A DNA stretch of 64,000 bases from a virus. Taxonomy: Duplodnaviria; Caudoviricetes. The notes beneath the pieces are model-generated. The model had not been told where the DNA came from, made no database searches, and saw only the letters and a program-made list of their open reading frames with translations. Positions 24,842 to 32,561 of the stretch are shown here, piece by piece (positions within the stretch are counted from its first letter, which is position 1; every line of letters begins with the position of its first letter). The stretch lies in IMG/VR virus record IMGVR_UViG_3300043567_000723; one strand, written 5' to 3'. The position numbers were made by a program, and so were the translations under genes.

Positions 24842-25085
24842 TGACCCGTATCGCCCGTACGCAAGCCAAGACGACCGCGATGCGTACGATAACTGGCAGA
24901 TGTATCTAGAACACTGCCGCCAAGAAGAACTGACGTCGCAGAATATAGACCCAGCAAGCGTCAATCAATTTCGGCCAGTAACTATGGTCGACATGTGTCG
25001 TGACTTGCTTTCCCGCTTACTAAAGAACAGCCGTGCCGACCAAAAAAAGCAAAAAGCCAGTAAAGAAAAAAGCCACAAAAAATAA
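24816..25085 (+). CDS. Hypothetical protein
   Basis: Likely start MGWNDRLP. Confidence 0.6.
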   Translation: MGWNDRLPDDPYRPYASQDDRDAYDNWQMYLEHCRQEELTSQNIDPASVNQFRPVTMVDMCRDLLSRLLKNSRADQKKQKASKEKSHKK

Positions 25086-25260
25086 AGAACGCGAAGAGAC
25101 GTTAACTGCGATTTATGCTGTTGTAGAGGCGCTAGATCAGACAACAGCTGCCGCGTCGATTGCGCGCGTGCCTCTTGGCGCTTTAAAGTGCGTATTGGGC
25201 GGCTTGTATTGCGCGCTGCACTTAATCAACGACTTTAATGTGCCGCCTGAAAAGAAGTAA
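25033..25260 (+). CDS. Hypothetical protein
   Basis: Short ORF with basic N-terminus. Confidence 0.55.
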   Translation: MPTKKSKKPVKKKATKNKEREETLTAIYAVVEALDQTTAAASIARVPLGALKCVLGGLYCALHLINDFNVPPEKK

Positions 25261-25263
25261 AAA

Positions 25264-25337
25264 TGGTGGAGGTTGGATTCGAACCAACGTCCTCTAGCTT
25301 ATGAGGCTAGCGAGCTACCGGGCTGCTCCACTCCACG
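25264..25337 (-). tRNA. tRNA with CAT anticodon (Met; initiator-like acceptor and D arm), CCA not encoded
   Basis: CGTGGAG-TGGAGCAGCCCGGTAGCTCG-CTAGC-CTCATAA-GCTAG-AGGAC-GTTGG-TTCGAAT-CCAAC-CTCCACC-A. Confidence 0.93.
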
Positions 25338-25343
25338 CCAGTA

Positions 25344-26528
25344 CTACTCCGAGAGCTGCGCCAGCTCATGCAGGCGCTCAAGCGGAAGTAGTGTTTCAAA
25401 AGCCGCGGCTTTAACAACCGCGCCCGCATTCTTTTCCTGCATTAAACGGTCTAATGTCGCCGCCATGCCGCGGTCCAGCGTCGGCACAAGTGCTGCCAGC
25501 TTATCGCGGTCCATGTAAACGCCGCCGGCGCTTACCGCTTCGGCAAAATCATCGCCGAGCCACTCGCGCACATCTTCAACCGCTAGCTTCTCAAGATCTT
25601 CTAGCGCGTAAACGTTACCGGTAGTAGTCTCGACGTTTTGACTCATAAAATCGCGGGCGACCTTTTCGGTAATCGCAAACAAGACTTCTTCCGGCCGAGA
25701 TAAACCGCCGGCATCGTACATGCGGTTTAAATTGGTGTTACGGTCAAAATCGTCGACCGCGCTCGCCAACTTTAGACGCATGTCAGTGTCCCGAGCCCTA
25801 TCCGGGTTCTGGTCAATGACTGCTGCTAACTTGGACAACTCAGCGGAAAGCGCCCCATGGCTGCGCTGCGTGAGCCGTACGCGATCTTTGAGCATTTGGC
25901 TGGCCACCTTAGCTGCACAAGCACCTAAGCCAGCGGCCAGTTCAAGCGCGCCGTCAGCGTCCGATACGTCGGCACTGTATTCGGCGGCCTTTTCAAGAAT
26001 TTTTGTGGCAATAACGTGACGGTCTGCGAACACAAAATTATCGCGGAACTCCCTGAAGTGCGCGGCAGCAAACTTTACTTCCGACGCATTTCGTAACGGC
26101 CAGTGACGTTCCTTACCGCCGACGTCGCTAACCCAGACGATAGCGAATTCAGAGTCAGGTAGGCTGTTTAAATCCTGCGCGCCAGCAGCGGCCATTTTCT
26201 CTTCCAGCTCAGCAATAGTGCCGGAAATGCCAAAATATTCGGCTGCTTGGTGTATCTTAGATTTAATGGCGGCGGCTTCCTGCGCGTCGAAGTTTGCTTG
26301 CTTGTCCATAAAGAACAGCGCAGACATCCATGTTGCGGGAGCCGTGTGACACGGATACAGTTTATTGCGCTGATCGGCGTACAGGTGTCGCGGTAAGGAT
26401 TCCGTGGCTGCGCCAGTTCTGTCTTGTGCGGCACTTTTAACGAATGTCGGGCACGGATAAAGCGTAGTAAGCCTGTGGGTCTCGCGACCACTTACATCGT
26501 GCGCCTGATCGAGCGAGATATTTGTCAT
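25344..26528 (-). CDS. Putative head/virion-associated protein with two LPDSxFA-like (DUF6582-like) motifs
   Basis: LPRHLYAD..KLYPCHT..A and LPDSEFA..RHWPLRNA..V..A..HF. Confidence 0.55.
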   Translation of the reverse strand: MTNISLDQAHDVSGRETHRLTTLYPCPTFVKSAAQDRTGAATESLPRHLYADQRNKLYPCHTAPATWMSALFFMDKQANFDAQEAAAIKSKIHQAAEYFGISGTIAELEEKMAAAGAQDLNSLPDSEFAIVWVSDVGGKERHWPLRNASEVKFAAAHFREFRDNFVFADRHVIATKILEKAAEYSADVSDADGALELAAGLGACAAKVASQMLKDRVRLTQRSHGALSAELSKLAAVIDQNPDRARDTDMRLKLASAVDDFDRNTNLNRMYDAGGLSRPEEVLFAITEKVARDFMSQNVETTTGNVYALEDLEKLAVEDVREWLGDDFAEAVSAGGVYMDRDKLAALVPTLDRGMAATLDRLMQEKNAGAVVKAAAFETLLPLERLHELAQLSE

Positions 26529-26565
26529 GGGTTTTCCTACCTGTTTAATCGGCCGACATCACCAT

Positions 26566-29157
26566 ATGGGCGCCCTATCGGCATTGGGCGTTGCGCCAGA
26601 AAACCCGTCTTTTCCGGCAGTCGTTCGTTGTCCAGTCTGTCAACAGAATACTTTACACCTGTTTGACGATTTAGTCACCGACGGTATCTGGCTGCACTGT
26701 AATTCGTGCTTAGCCCATGGAGATATCATAACCTTTGCGACGTCAATATGGAATACAAGCCTGCCGGACGCCCTTGACCGTTTTGCCGACTTAAACCTCA
26801 TAAATCGCGGCGAAAAAAATAATATGGCCGGCGAGATTGAACGATCTCACAGGCGGCAAACAGATCTTGACCATTTCTGGGTAGACGTGGAATCGCAGGT
26901 CTGGAACCACGGCGATGACGTTATTTCCTGCCGATTACGCGAACTGGGTGTGGCACACGAAATTAACGCTAACGGTTTAGTCGGCGTTGCGCACACAGAC
27001 CAGATCGCCAAGATATGCGCCGACCTAGGCCGCCCTCGCCCTAAAAATATTAGAGCCGGTGGCGCCAGCATTGTGTTCCCGTACTACGATCTGCCGGGTC
27101 GTTTTTCTGGTGTCTTGTTATCGCAGTACAGCGATGACTTTGACGTCCGACATACATATATCCCCGTGACAGGGTATAAACGCCGCCGACCAGAGGCCGG
27201 TTATTTTCTACTCAAAACAATGCTGTTGTCGCCGCCAGAAATATTAAAAAACACGCAATTTATTCTGGACGACCCGTGCTGGGTTCTGCAGTTACAGTGT
27301 GATCAATTAAAACGCGGGTTGTCGCTGCTGCCGTTAATTTCTAGTTACACAGGTAATGAAGCAAACAGTTACGGTAAAAACTGGGCGTCCTTCCAGCCAA
27401 TTGCGCGGTTATTTCAAAGCCGCAGCACATCCCCGGAGTTAATAAGCCGGGTGTGTACGGCGCGCGGTTACGTCTGTATCGGCGGGCAACGAAACCCGAA
27501 CGCACGCGACGCCAACGATGCAATTAAGCAGTTGGCTAAAATTCGCAAGAGCGCGGAAACGTGGCAAACAAGCTTAGCGAATACGCTCGGCCACATGAAC
27601 GAAATATCAGCGCATTCGTTTGCCAGCCGTTTAACAATATCGGCTGACAAATTGAGTCCTTTTCTGCAAAAAATCTCGGATAAGTTTTCTGCCGGTTTTA
27701 CAGATCGCGTGTTGGCAAACGCACTGATCTCGGCGCCGCTTGGTACCGTGCAAACCCCGCGGCGGTGGATGGTCACGCCGCGGTCTGACGGGTGGTGGAA
27801 TTGCGCAAACCACCGCGTGTGCTCGGCTAATGTTGTTATTCAAAAAATAGTGCAAGCTGACGACGGCGATAAAACATATAGCGGCGTTATACACCTAAAC
27901 GGCGAGCAATTTGAATTCTCCGACAACGCTAAAAAAATTGAAAGCATGGGCTTATTGGCTTATGCGCAAGCGTACATGGCGCCAAAAAGAAAGCTCTTGG
28001 TATTTGATCGCGCGTGGAATCGCCGCAGTCATTTGATATCAATTGAGTTAAATAACCCAGAACTCATTAGCGTGTCCAGCCGACTTGGTTGGGATGAGCG
28101 TTCCGGCGTATTCCGGTTTTCAAATTGCGAACTTACAAACGAGGGCGCAATTACACCGACAATAATTCCGGTAACTAAAAAACAACGAGTCGCATTTCCC
28201 GAACCAACGCCTGTTGCGCCGCCAGCAATCAGGCAGTTTTTAACGCCAAGCTACGAGAACGCATTTACATGGACGGTCTTTGCCGCCATTGCCGCTGAAT
28301 TGATAAACCCAATTTTGCGGCGCGATCCAGTAGCCACAGGAATACCCGGCCAGAACTTCAACACTGCCGCCAGAATCGGCGCCGCCCTTGGTTGCGAACA
28401 GACGCAATCGTCGGCGCTCAAGCGCAGCCACGTAAGCCGGCAGCTGTCTGAGGCCTCCGACAAAGCTGACTGGCCGTTATTCGCTGCCAGCCCGTTCGAC
28501 GACGCGAGCTACAGTGCCGTTGTTCCGAAATGCCACAACCGGTCGATTTTCGTAAAGATCAACCAGCTTAGTGCCGTAATTGCGCCCAGCTACAGCTGGC
28601 AGGTTATTCACGGGCGTGCCGCGCCAGCTACCACAGATTTTTCTGTTTTGCGGCACGTTTTACCGGCGTATATCCAGCGCGCTCTTAGATCCCGGATGCG
28701 CCTAGCGACACTAAATAAGAATACGACAATCGCCGTTTTGACCGACCTACACGCGTGGCTGCAAGAGACATACGAAGCTAGTTTCCAGCTGAATTACGCA
28801 ATAAACCAGTTAACGACGCCAGCGCAGGCACATATAGCTCTTATGGAGGAGCTACAGCGCGGGGTGGCCCTTGGTCAATTAGCGGTAGTACCCCATCCAC
28901 GAAAACACAGACAACCTGTAAACTATCTGGTGCGTAAAAAGGAACACTGGTGGTTGAACCAAAGAGGTATAGACCGCTATTTTTATATCGGTAAAACTGT
29001 CGTTCCTAACTGGTTGCTGATTATAGAATTAATGTCAAATGACGGTGTCTTTATTGCGGAAGAGCTTGTGCGTAATATGCCCGGTTTAATTATTAATACC
29101 CAATGGGGCGATAAGTACCTTTTAACGAGCACTAACGAGGCCCGCGAAATCGGATAA
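26566..29157 (+). CDS. Primase-like protein: N-terminal Zn ribbon, DnaG-like segment, DUF927-like C-terminal region
   Basis: CPVC..WLHCNSC..HGDII; IVFPYYDLPGRFSG; SRLGW; no clear Walker A. Confidence 0.55.
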   Translation: MGALSALGVAPENPSFPAVVRCPVCQQNTLHLFDDLVTDGIWLHCNSCLAHGDIITFATSIWNTSLPDALDRFADLNLINRGEKNNMAGEIERSHRRQTDLDHFWVDVESQVWNHGDDVISCRLRELGVAHEINANGLVGVAHTDQIAKICADLGRPRPKNIRAGGASIVFPYYDLPGRFSGVLLSQYSDDFDVRHTYIPVTGYKRRRPEAGYFLLKTMLLSPPEILKNTQFILDDPCWVLQLQCDQLKRGLSLLPLISSYTGNEANSYGKNWASFQPIARLFQSRSTSPELISRVCTARGYVCIGGQRNPNARDANDAIKQLAKIRKSAETWQTSLANTLGHMNEISAHSFASRLTISADKLSPFLQKISDKFSAGFTDRVLANALISAPLGTVQTPRRWMVTPRSDGWWNCANHRVCSANVVIQKIVQADDGDKTYSGVIHLNGEQFEFSDNAKKIESMGLLAYAQAYMAPKRKLLVFDRAWNRRSHLISIELNNPELISVSSRLGWDERSGVFRFSNCELTNEGAITPTIIPVTKKQRVAFPEPTPVAPPAIRQFLTPSYENAFTWTVFAAIAAELINPILRRDPVATGIPGQNFNTAARIGAALGCEQTQSSALKRSHVSRQLSEASDKADWPLFAASPFDDASYSAVVPKCHNRSIFVKINQLSAVIAPSYSWQVIHGRAAPATTDFSVLRHVLPAYIQRALRSRMRLATLNKNTTIAVLTDLHAWLQETYEASFQLNYAINQLTTPAQAHIALMEELQRGVALGQLAVVPHPRKHRQPVNYLVRKKEHWWLNQRGIDRYFYIGKTVVPNWLLIIELMSNDGVFIAEELVRNMPGLIINTQWGDKYLLTSTNEAREIG

Positions 29158-29162
29158 AAATA

Positions 29163-29513
29163 ATGCGCTATCTAGAGTCCGCATCATTTCGTCACGCAAG
29201 AAAAATAGACGCCAAACACGATGATGGTCTTGATGATGATTTCATCGAAGAGGCGTGGCAATTTGTGAATGACGATGACGATGACGATGATGATGACGAC
29301 GATAGCCTATTCAATTTACCGAAACCAAATTTCTTCATACCTGACGACGAGGATGAAGACGAAGATGAAGATGCCGAATATGTCGAAGATGATGAAGACG
29401 AAGAATACGAAGATGATGACGACGAAGAATACGACGAAGACGACGAAGATGAAGACGATCCGGCATACAATGAAGATTTTGACGTAGACAACGACGAATA
29501 CGATGATGAATAA
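29163..29513 (+). CDS. Hyper-acidic protein (about 63 of 116 residues D/E)
   Basis: Composition counted from the translation. Confidence 0.75.
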   Translation: MRYLESASFRHARKIDAKHDDGLDDDFIEEAWQFVNDDDDDDDDDDDSLFNLPKPNFFIPDDEDEDEDEDAEYVEDDEDEEYEDDDDEEYDEDDEDEDDPAYNEDFDVDNDEYDDE

Positions 29514-29521
29514 AAGGAGTT

Positions 29522-29986
29522 ATGCAAACTTTTCTACCGCTGCCCAGCTTTCGGGCTTCGGCGGCTTGCTTGGACAATAAACGACTTGGAAAACAACGGG
29601 TCGAGTGCAAACAAATTCTTTTGTGTCTGGGCGTTCCAATTGGTGAACACACGCCCGGTAAATCCAGCTGGAGAAATCATCCGGCTGTGCGCATGTGGGC
29701 TGGATCTGAAATAGCCCTGATCGCATACAGCGCCGTAATTTGCAGAGAATGGCGCCGCCGCGGGTTTCGCGATACACTGCACGCGCAGTTCATGGAAGCA
29801 TATGATCGCGAACGGGGCGGACTAATAGTTCCGTATCCGCGATGGTTTCGGAGTCGGCGCTTTCATTCCAGTCACCGTAGTAATTTGCTGCGCAAAGACT
29901 ATAATCACTACTCGCGTTTCGGTTGGATGGAGTCAATTGACTTGCCATACTATTGGCCCGTTAGTGACGTAGCAGTTAATGTTTAA
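29522..29986 (+). CDS. MSMEG_6728 / pyrimidine-dimer DNA glycosylase-like protein
   Basis: MQTFLP..F..SA..LD.KRLGKQRVE..QIL, HPAVRMW, SHRSNLLRKD. Confidence 0.85.
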   Translation: MQTFLPLPSFRASAACLDNKRLGKQRVECKQILLCLGVPIGEHTPGKSSWRNHPAVRMWAGSEIALIAYSAVICREWRRRGFRDTLHAQFMEAYDRERGGLIVPYPRWFRSRRFHSSHRSNLLRKDYNHYSRFGWMESIDLPYYWPVSDVAVNV

Positions 29987-29991
29987 TATAT

Positions 29992-30064
29992 GCCGGTGTA
30001 GCTCAGTTGGTAGAGCCACTGATTTGTAATCAGTAGGTCGTCGGTTCGAGTCCGACCGCCGGCT
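29992..30064 (+). tRNA. tRNA-Thr(TGT), CCA not encoded
   Basis: GCCGGTG-TA-GCTC-AGTTGGTA-GAGC-C-ACTGA-TTTGTAA-TCAGT-AGGTC-GTCGG-TTCGAGT-CCGAC-CGCCGGC-T. Confidence 0.97.
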
Positions 30065-30066
30065 TT

Positions 30067-30257
30067 ATGGCAGATACGCGGGGCGCGCGTTTAACGCTTG
30101 AAGTGATAAACGTATCGGGCTGATCCCCTGAGCGGACGAAGCTTGCGGACGGGGAAGAAATGCAGAGTTGATCGCTGCTGTTGTGTACCCGTATTAAATC
30201 CTGAAATGACAGGAAAACAAAAATTTATCACAGCCGGTTCGACTCCGGCCTGCCATT
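30067..30257 (+). ncRNA. Unclassified 191-nt tRNA-like RNA (acceptor stem + T arm + long insert)
   Basis: ATGGCAG/CTGCCAT 7-bp stem; GCCGG-TTCGACT-CCGGC T arm; GTGATAAA/TTTATCAC helix; starts 2 nt after tRNA-Thr. Confidence 0.75.
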
Positions 30258-30263
30258 ATTAAT

Positions 30264-30272
30264 TGGTATAAT
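30264..30272 (+). promoter_or_regulatory. Extended -10 promoter element (TGnTATAAT)
   Basis: TGGTATAAT followed by GGAGG SD and ATG 30299. Confidence 0.55.
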
Positions 30273-30298
30273 CCATAGTTAGTCACGGAGGACTTGCT

Positions 30299-30727
30299 AT
30301 GGATTTTCATATCAGCCTTAAAGATATCAATACATTAGCGCCAACTGAGATTGACGAGATATACAACCGGTTGTCTGTGCCGGGTCGCAATATGCGCGAC
30401 GAAATCTCTAAGCGTTATATCGAACGCTGGCCGGGTGAGCACGAAGCCATGACGATGGCGCTAATCCACCAAAACGGTTTATTTGTTGCGTGGGTTGGTT
30501 CTCGACCTTTTAAAGAAAAATTCAAAGGCAAGATGCTCGACGTTCAAACAGTCGAGTGTTTTACAGACCCAGAACTACGGCGCCGCGGTATTGCGCAGCT
30601 TGGTTTACAAGCGCTTATAAGTGCCGGCGTAATTAATAGAGACAAACCCGTGTCTGTGTACGAAAAATCTGTAGTTAAAATGGCGGAGCGCTGCGGATGC
30701 AAGTTCGTGGTGTTGTGTATTTCATGA
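30299..30727 (+). CDS. GNAT-family acetyltransferase
   Basis: VECFTDPELRRRGIAQ acetyl-CoA binding motif A. Confidence 0.75.
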   Translation: MDFHISLKDINTLAPTEIDEIYNRLSVPGRNMRDEISKRYIERWPGEHEAMTMALIHQNGLFVAWVGSRPFKEKFKGKMLDVQTVECFTDPELRRRGIAQLGLQALISAGVINRDKPVSVYEKSVVKMAERCGCKFVVLCIS

Positions 30728-30984
30728 AACGATATCACGACGAAAAACACATCATTGATAAACGCATTAAAAACTATCGGCTAATCAATGCTGGTTGGTT
30801 ATCTGCTGTAACAGATTCAAACAAAAAACAAAACGCTATACCCGAGGGTCGTTATAGAAAAACGGCGCGCTGTGGTGGCTGCGGTCGTGCGCGTTGCCAG
30901 CTGTGTCATCCAGAAAAATATCCAAAAAGAAAACCAACCAGAAAAGAAATTCAATTCAAAAAGGATGCTGAAACAAATGAGTGA
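30724..30984 (+). CDS. Small basic Zn-finger-like hypothetical protein
   Basis: CGGC..ARCQLCHP. Confidence 0.6.
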   Translation: MKRYHDEKHIIDKRIKNYRLINAGWLSAVTDSNKKQNAIPEGRYRKTARCGGCGRARCQLCHPEKYPKRKPTRKEIQFKKDAETNE

Positions 30985-31207
30985 GCCAGAATCTGTGCTC
31001 GATTTGCCTATCACTGATTTAAACCTGAGCGTGCGTTGCCGCAAGGCTGCGTCAAAGCTAAACGTGCTTACGATTGGAGATCTCACGCGCCGCAGCGTCA
31101 GCGATCTACTGGAGTGCAAGAATTTTGGCGTGACTAGTTTAAAGGAAATGCGCGAAAAGCTATCAGAACGAGGGCTTACGCTGAGCGGCGACAGTTTGCC
31201 GCAATGA
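30977..31207 (+). CDS. Stand-alone RNA polymerase alpha subunit C-terminal domain
   Basis: LDLPITDLNLSVRC..A..L.V.TIGDL..S..DLL..KNFGVTSL.E..EKL..GL. Confidence 0.9.
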   Translation: MSEPESVLDLPITDLNLSVRCRKAASKLNVLTIGDLTRRSVSDLLECKNFGVTSLKEMREKLSERGLTLSGDSLPQ

Positions 31208-31467
31208 TCACGCCACGCCACGTGTTCGACTCGTATCCGGGTTCGGATCTAGTCGGTATTGATCCGCCTACAGCAGAAGAAACATTTGCCGATTACATTA
31301 GGCGTGTTGGTCGCGGACCAATCCAGCGCTGCGGCGATACGTTGTACGCGTTTTTGTTATTTGAAATGGCGGACTCTGGTGGTAACGCAGAAGAAGCACT
31401 GCGTATGCTAGATACCGCAATTCGTGATGTTGAATCTGTTCGCAATTACATCAACTCAAGGAGTTAA
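31204..31467 (+). CDS. Hypothetical protein
   Basis: ATGA overlap. Confidence 0.7.
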   Translation: MITPRHVFDSYPGSDLVGIDPPTAEETFADYIRRVGRGPIQRCGDTLYAFLLFEMADSGGNAEEALRMLDTAIRDVESVRNYINSRS

Positions 31468-31469
31468 TT

Positions 31470-31781
31470 ATGGCTAATATGTCTAACGCTATTGAAACGG
31501 CTGCTGCGCGGTTAGCGGATGCCGTCGAAAAAGAAATGGCGCTTGAAGACACGCGGCACACGGTCAAGCTAGCTGCTATCTCGCGTATCATGCTTGGTGG
31601 CGAAAATCAGCTGACCGGTAAGCCGCACAGCTTCAGTTCCGCAGAAGCGGCTGTAAGCACTGATAGCGCCTACGCAGATCACCTAGAGCAACTGCGCAAC
31701 GCGGCGCGCGAGCGTATACTTGCGCGCGGCGGCTATGATGCCGCTGTGGCGGCCGCAAGACTACAGGAAAACCTCATTTAG
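31470..31781 (+). CDS. Hypothetical coiled-coil protein
   Basis: SD AAGGAG. Confidence 0.7.
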   Translation: MANMSNAIETAAARLADAVEKEMALEDTRHTVKLAAISRIMLGGENQLTGKPHSFSSAEAAVSTDSAYADHLEQLRNAARERILARGGYDAAVAAARLQENLI

Positions 31782-31788
31782 GTGCACC

Positions 31789-32241
31789 ATGTTTAGCGAC
31801 GAGTTTGAAGAAGACGGCGACGCCCAACATCACGTAGAAAATTCGATCGAGGGTTTGCGTGATTATGTACTGGGCATGTTCGGACATTTTGTCGGCAAGC
31901 TAAGCGACAATCCAAGCGCTGTTGACGACATCACTGAACAAAAGAAATTTCTTACGGTTCAGGAAGTTGAAAACATCATCGCTGATATGTGCGACGTCAA
32001 AGAAGACGGCCTGTACGCAATTGGCGCTGATTCGTTTGAAGAGTACAAAGAAAAAATGCTAGCGCTTTTTCGGGCTCTCTCTACGCGCATAATGTCGAAC
32101 GTCATGCAGGAAGGTGTTCGGCGAGGTTTAGTAGACGCTGAATACGATTGCGAAAACGATCGTTTTGACTTTGAATTAACCGAAAAGGGGAAACAACTTG
32201 CCGTCTTCGGATACGACGCCGACGTCGATAGTGAAGCTTAA
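31789..32241 (+). CDS. Hypothetical acidic protein
   Basis: AGGTG SD before MFSDEF. Confidence 0.7.
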   Translation: MFSDEFEEDGDAQHHVENSIEGLRDYVLGMFGHFVGKLSDNPSAVDDITEQKKFLTVQEVENIIADMCDVKEDGLYAIGADSFEEYKEKMLALFRALSTRIMSNVMQEGVRRGLVDAEYDCENDRFDFELTEKGKQLAVFGYDADVDSEA

Positions 32242-32542
32242 CGAGTTAATTGCCGCGTTTGAAAAAAAACAGCAAAAGTATCGCAGTTTTGGCGCAACAG
32301 ATACTGAACCTGACAGGATATTTCAGCGGCTGCTCTGCGATGCTGTTAACGGTGAGACGCCGTGGATTCCGCGCACGGCTGACGCGTGGGAGTTGTACGC
32401 CGACTCAATGAATTGCGACGAGGCGACCGCGGCACTAGAAAAGGCCGCCCGCGCAGTCGTGGACGCTATCGAGGCGGTCCCGATCAAGTCAGCGGGGCCC
32501 ATACGAAAGCGGATCAAGGAATACTGCTGGCGGTTGCACTGA
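32231..32542 (+). CDS. Hypothetical protein
   Basis: GTG start overlapping previous stop. Confidence 0.6.
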   Translation: MKLNELIAAFEKKQQKYRSFGATDTEPDRIFQRLLCDAVNGETPWIPRTADAWELYADSMNCDEATAALEKAARAVVDAIEAVPIKSAGPIRKRIKEYCWRLH

Positions 32543-32561
32543 AGACGCACAGATTCAGTTA

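Noticed and set aside
25261-25266. Apparent encoded CCA end of tRNA-Met
   Set aside because: The CCA is C71-C72-A73 of the acceptor stem and discriminator; the next bases are TTT.
25273-25518. + strand 81-aa ORF
   Set aside because: Overlaps the tRNA and the 394-aa minus-strand gene.
29192-29652. Minus-strand poly-Ser/Arg ORFs
   Set aside because: Shadows of the GAY/GAR-rich acidic gene.
30067-30257. Canonical tmRNA or intron-containing tRNA
   Set aside because: About half tmRNA length, no G3:U70, no tmRNA D-loop consensus; insert too short for a group I intron and no anticodon loop would be restored. Kept as an unclassified tRNA-like RNA.
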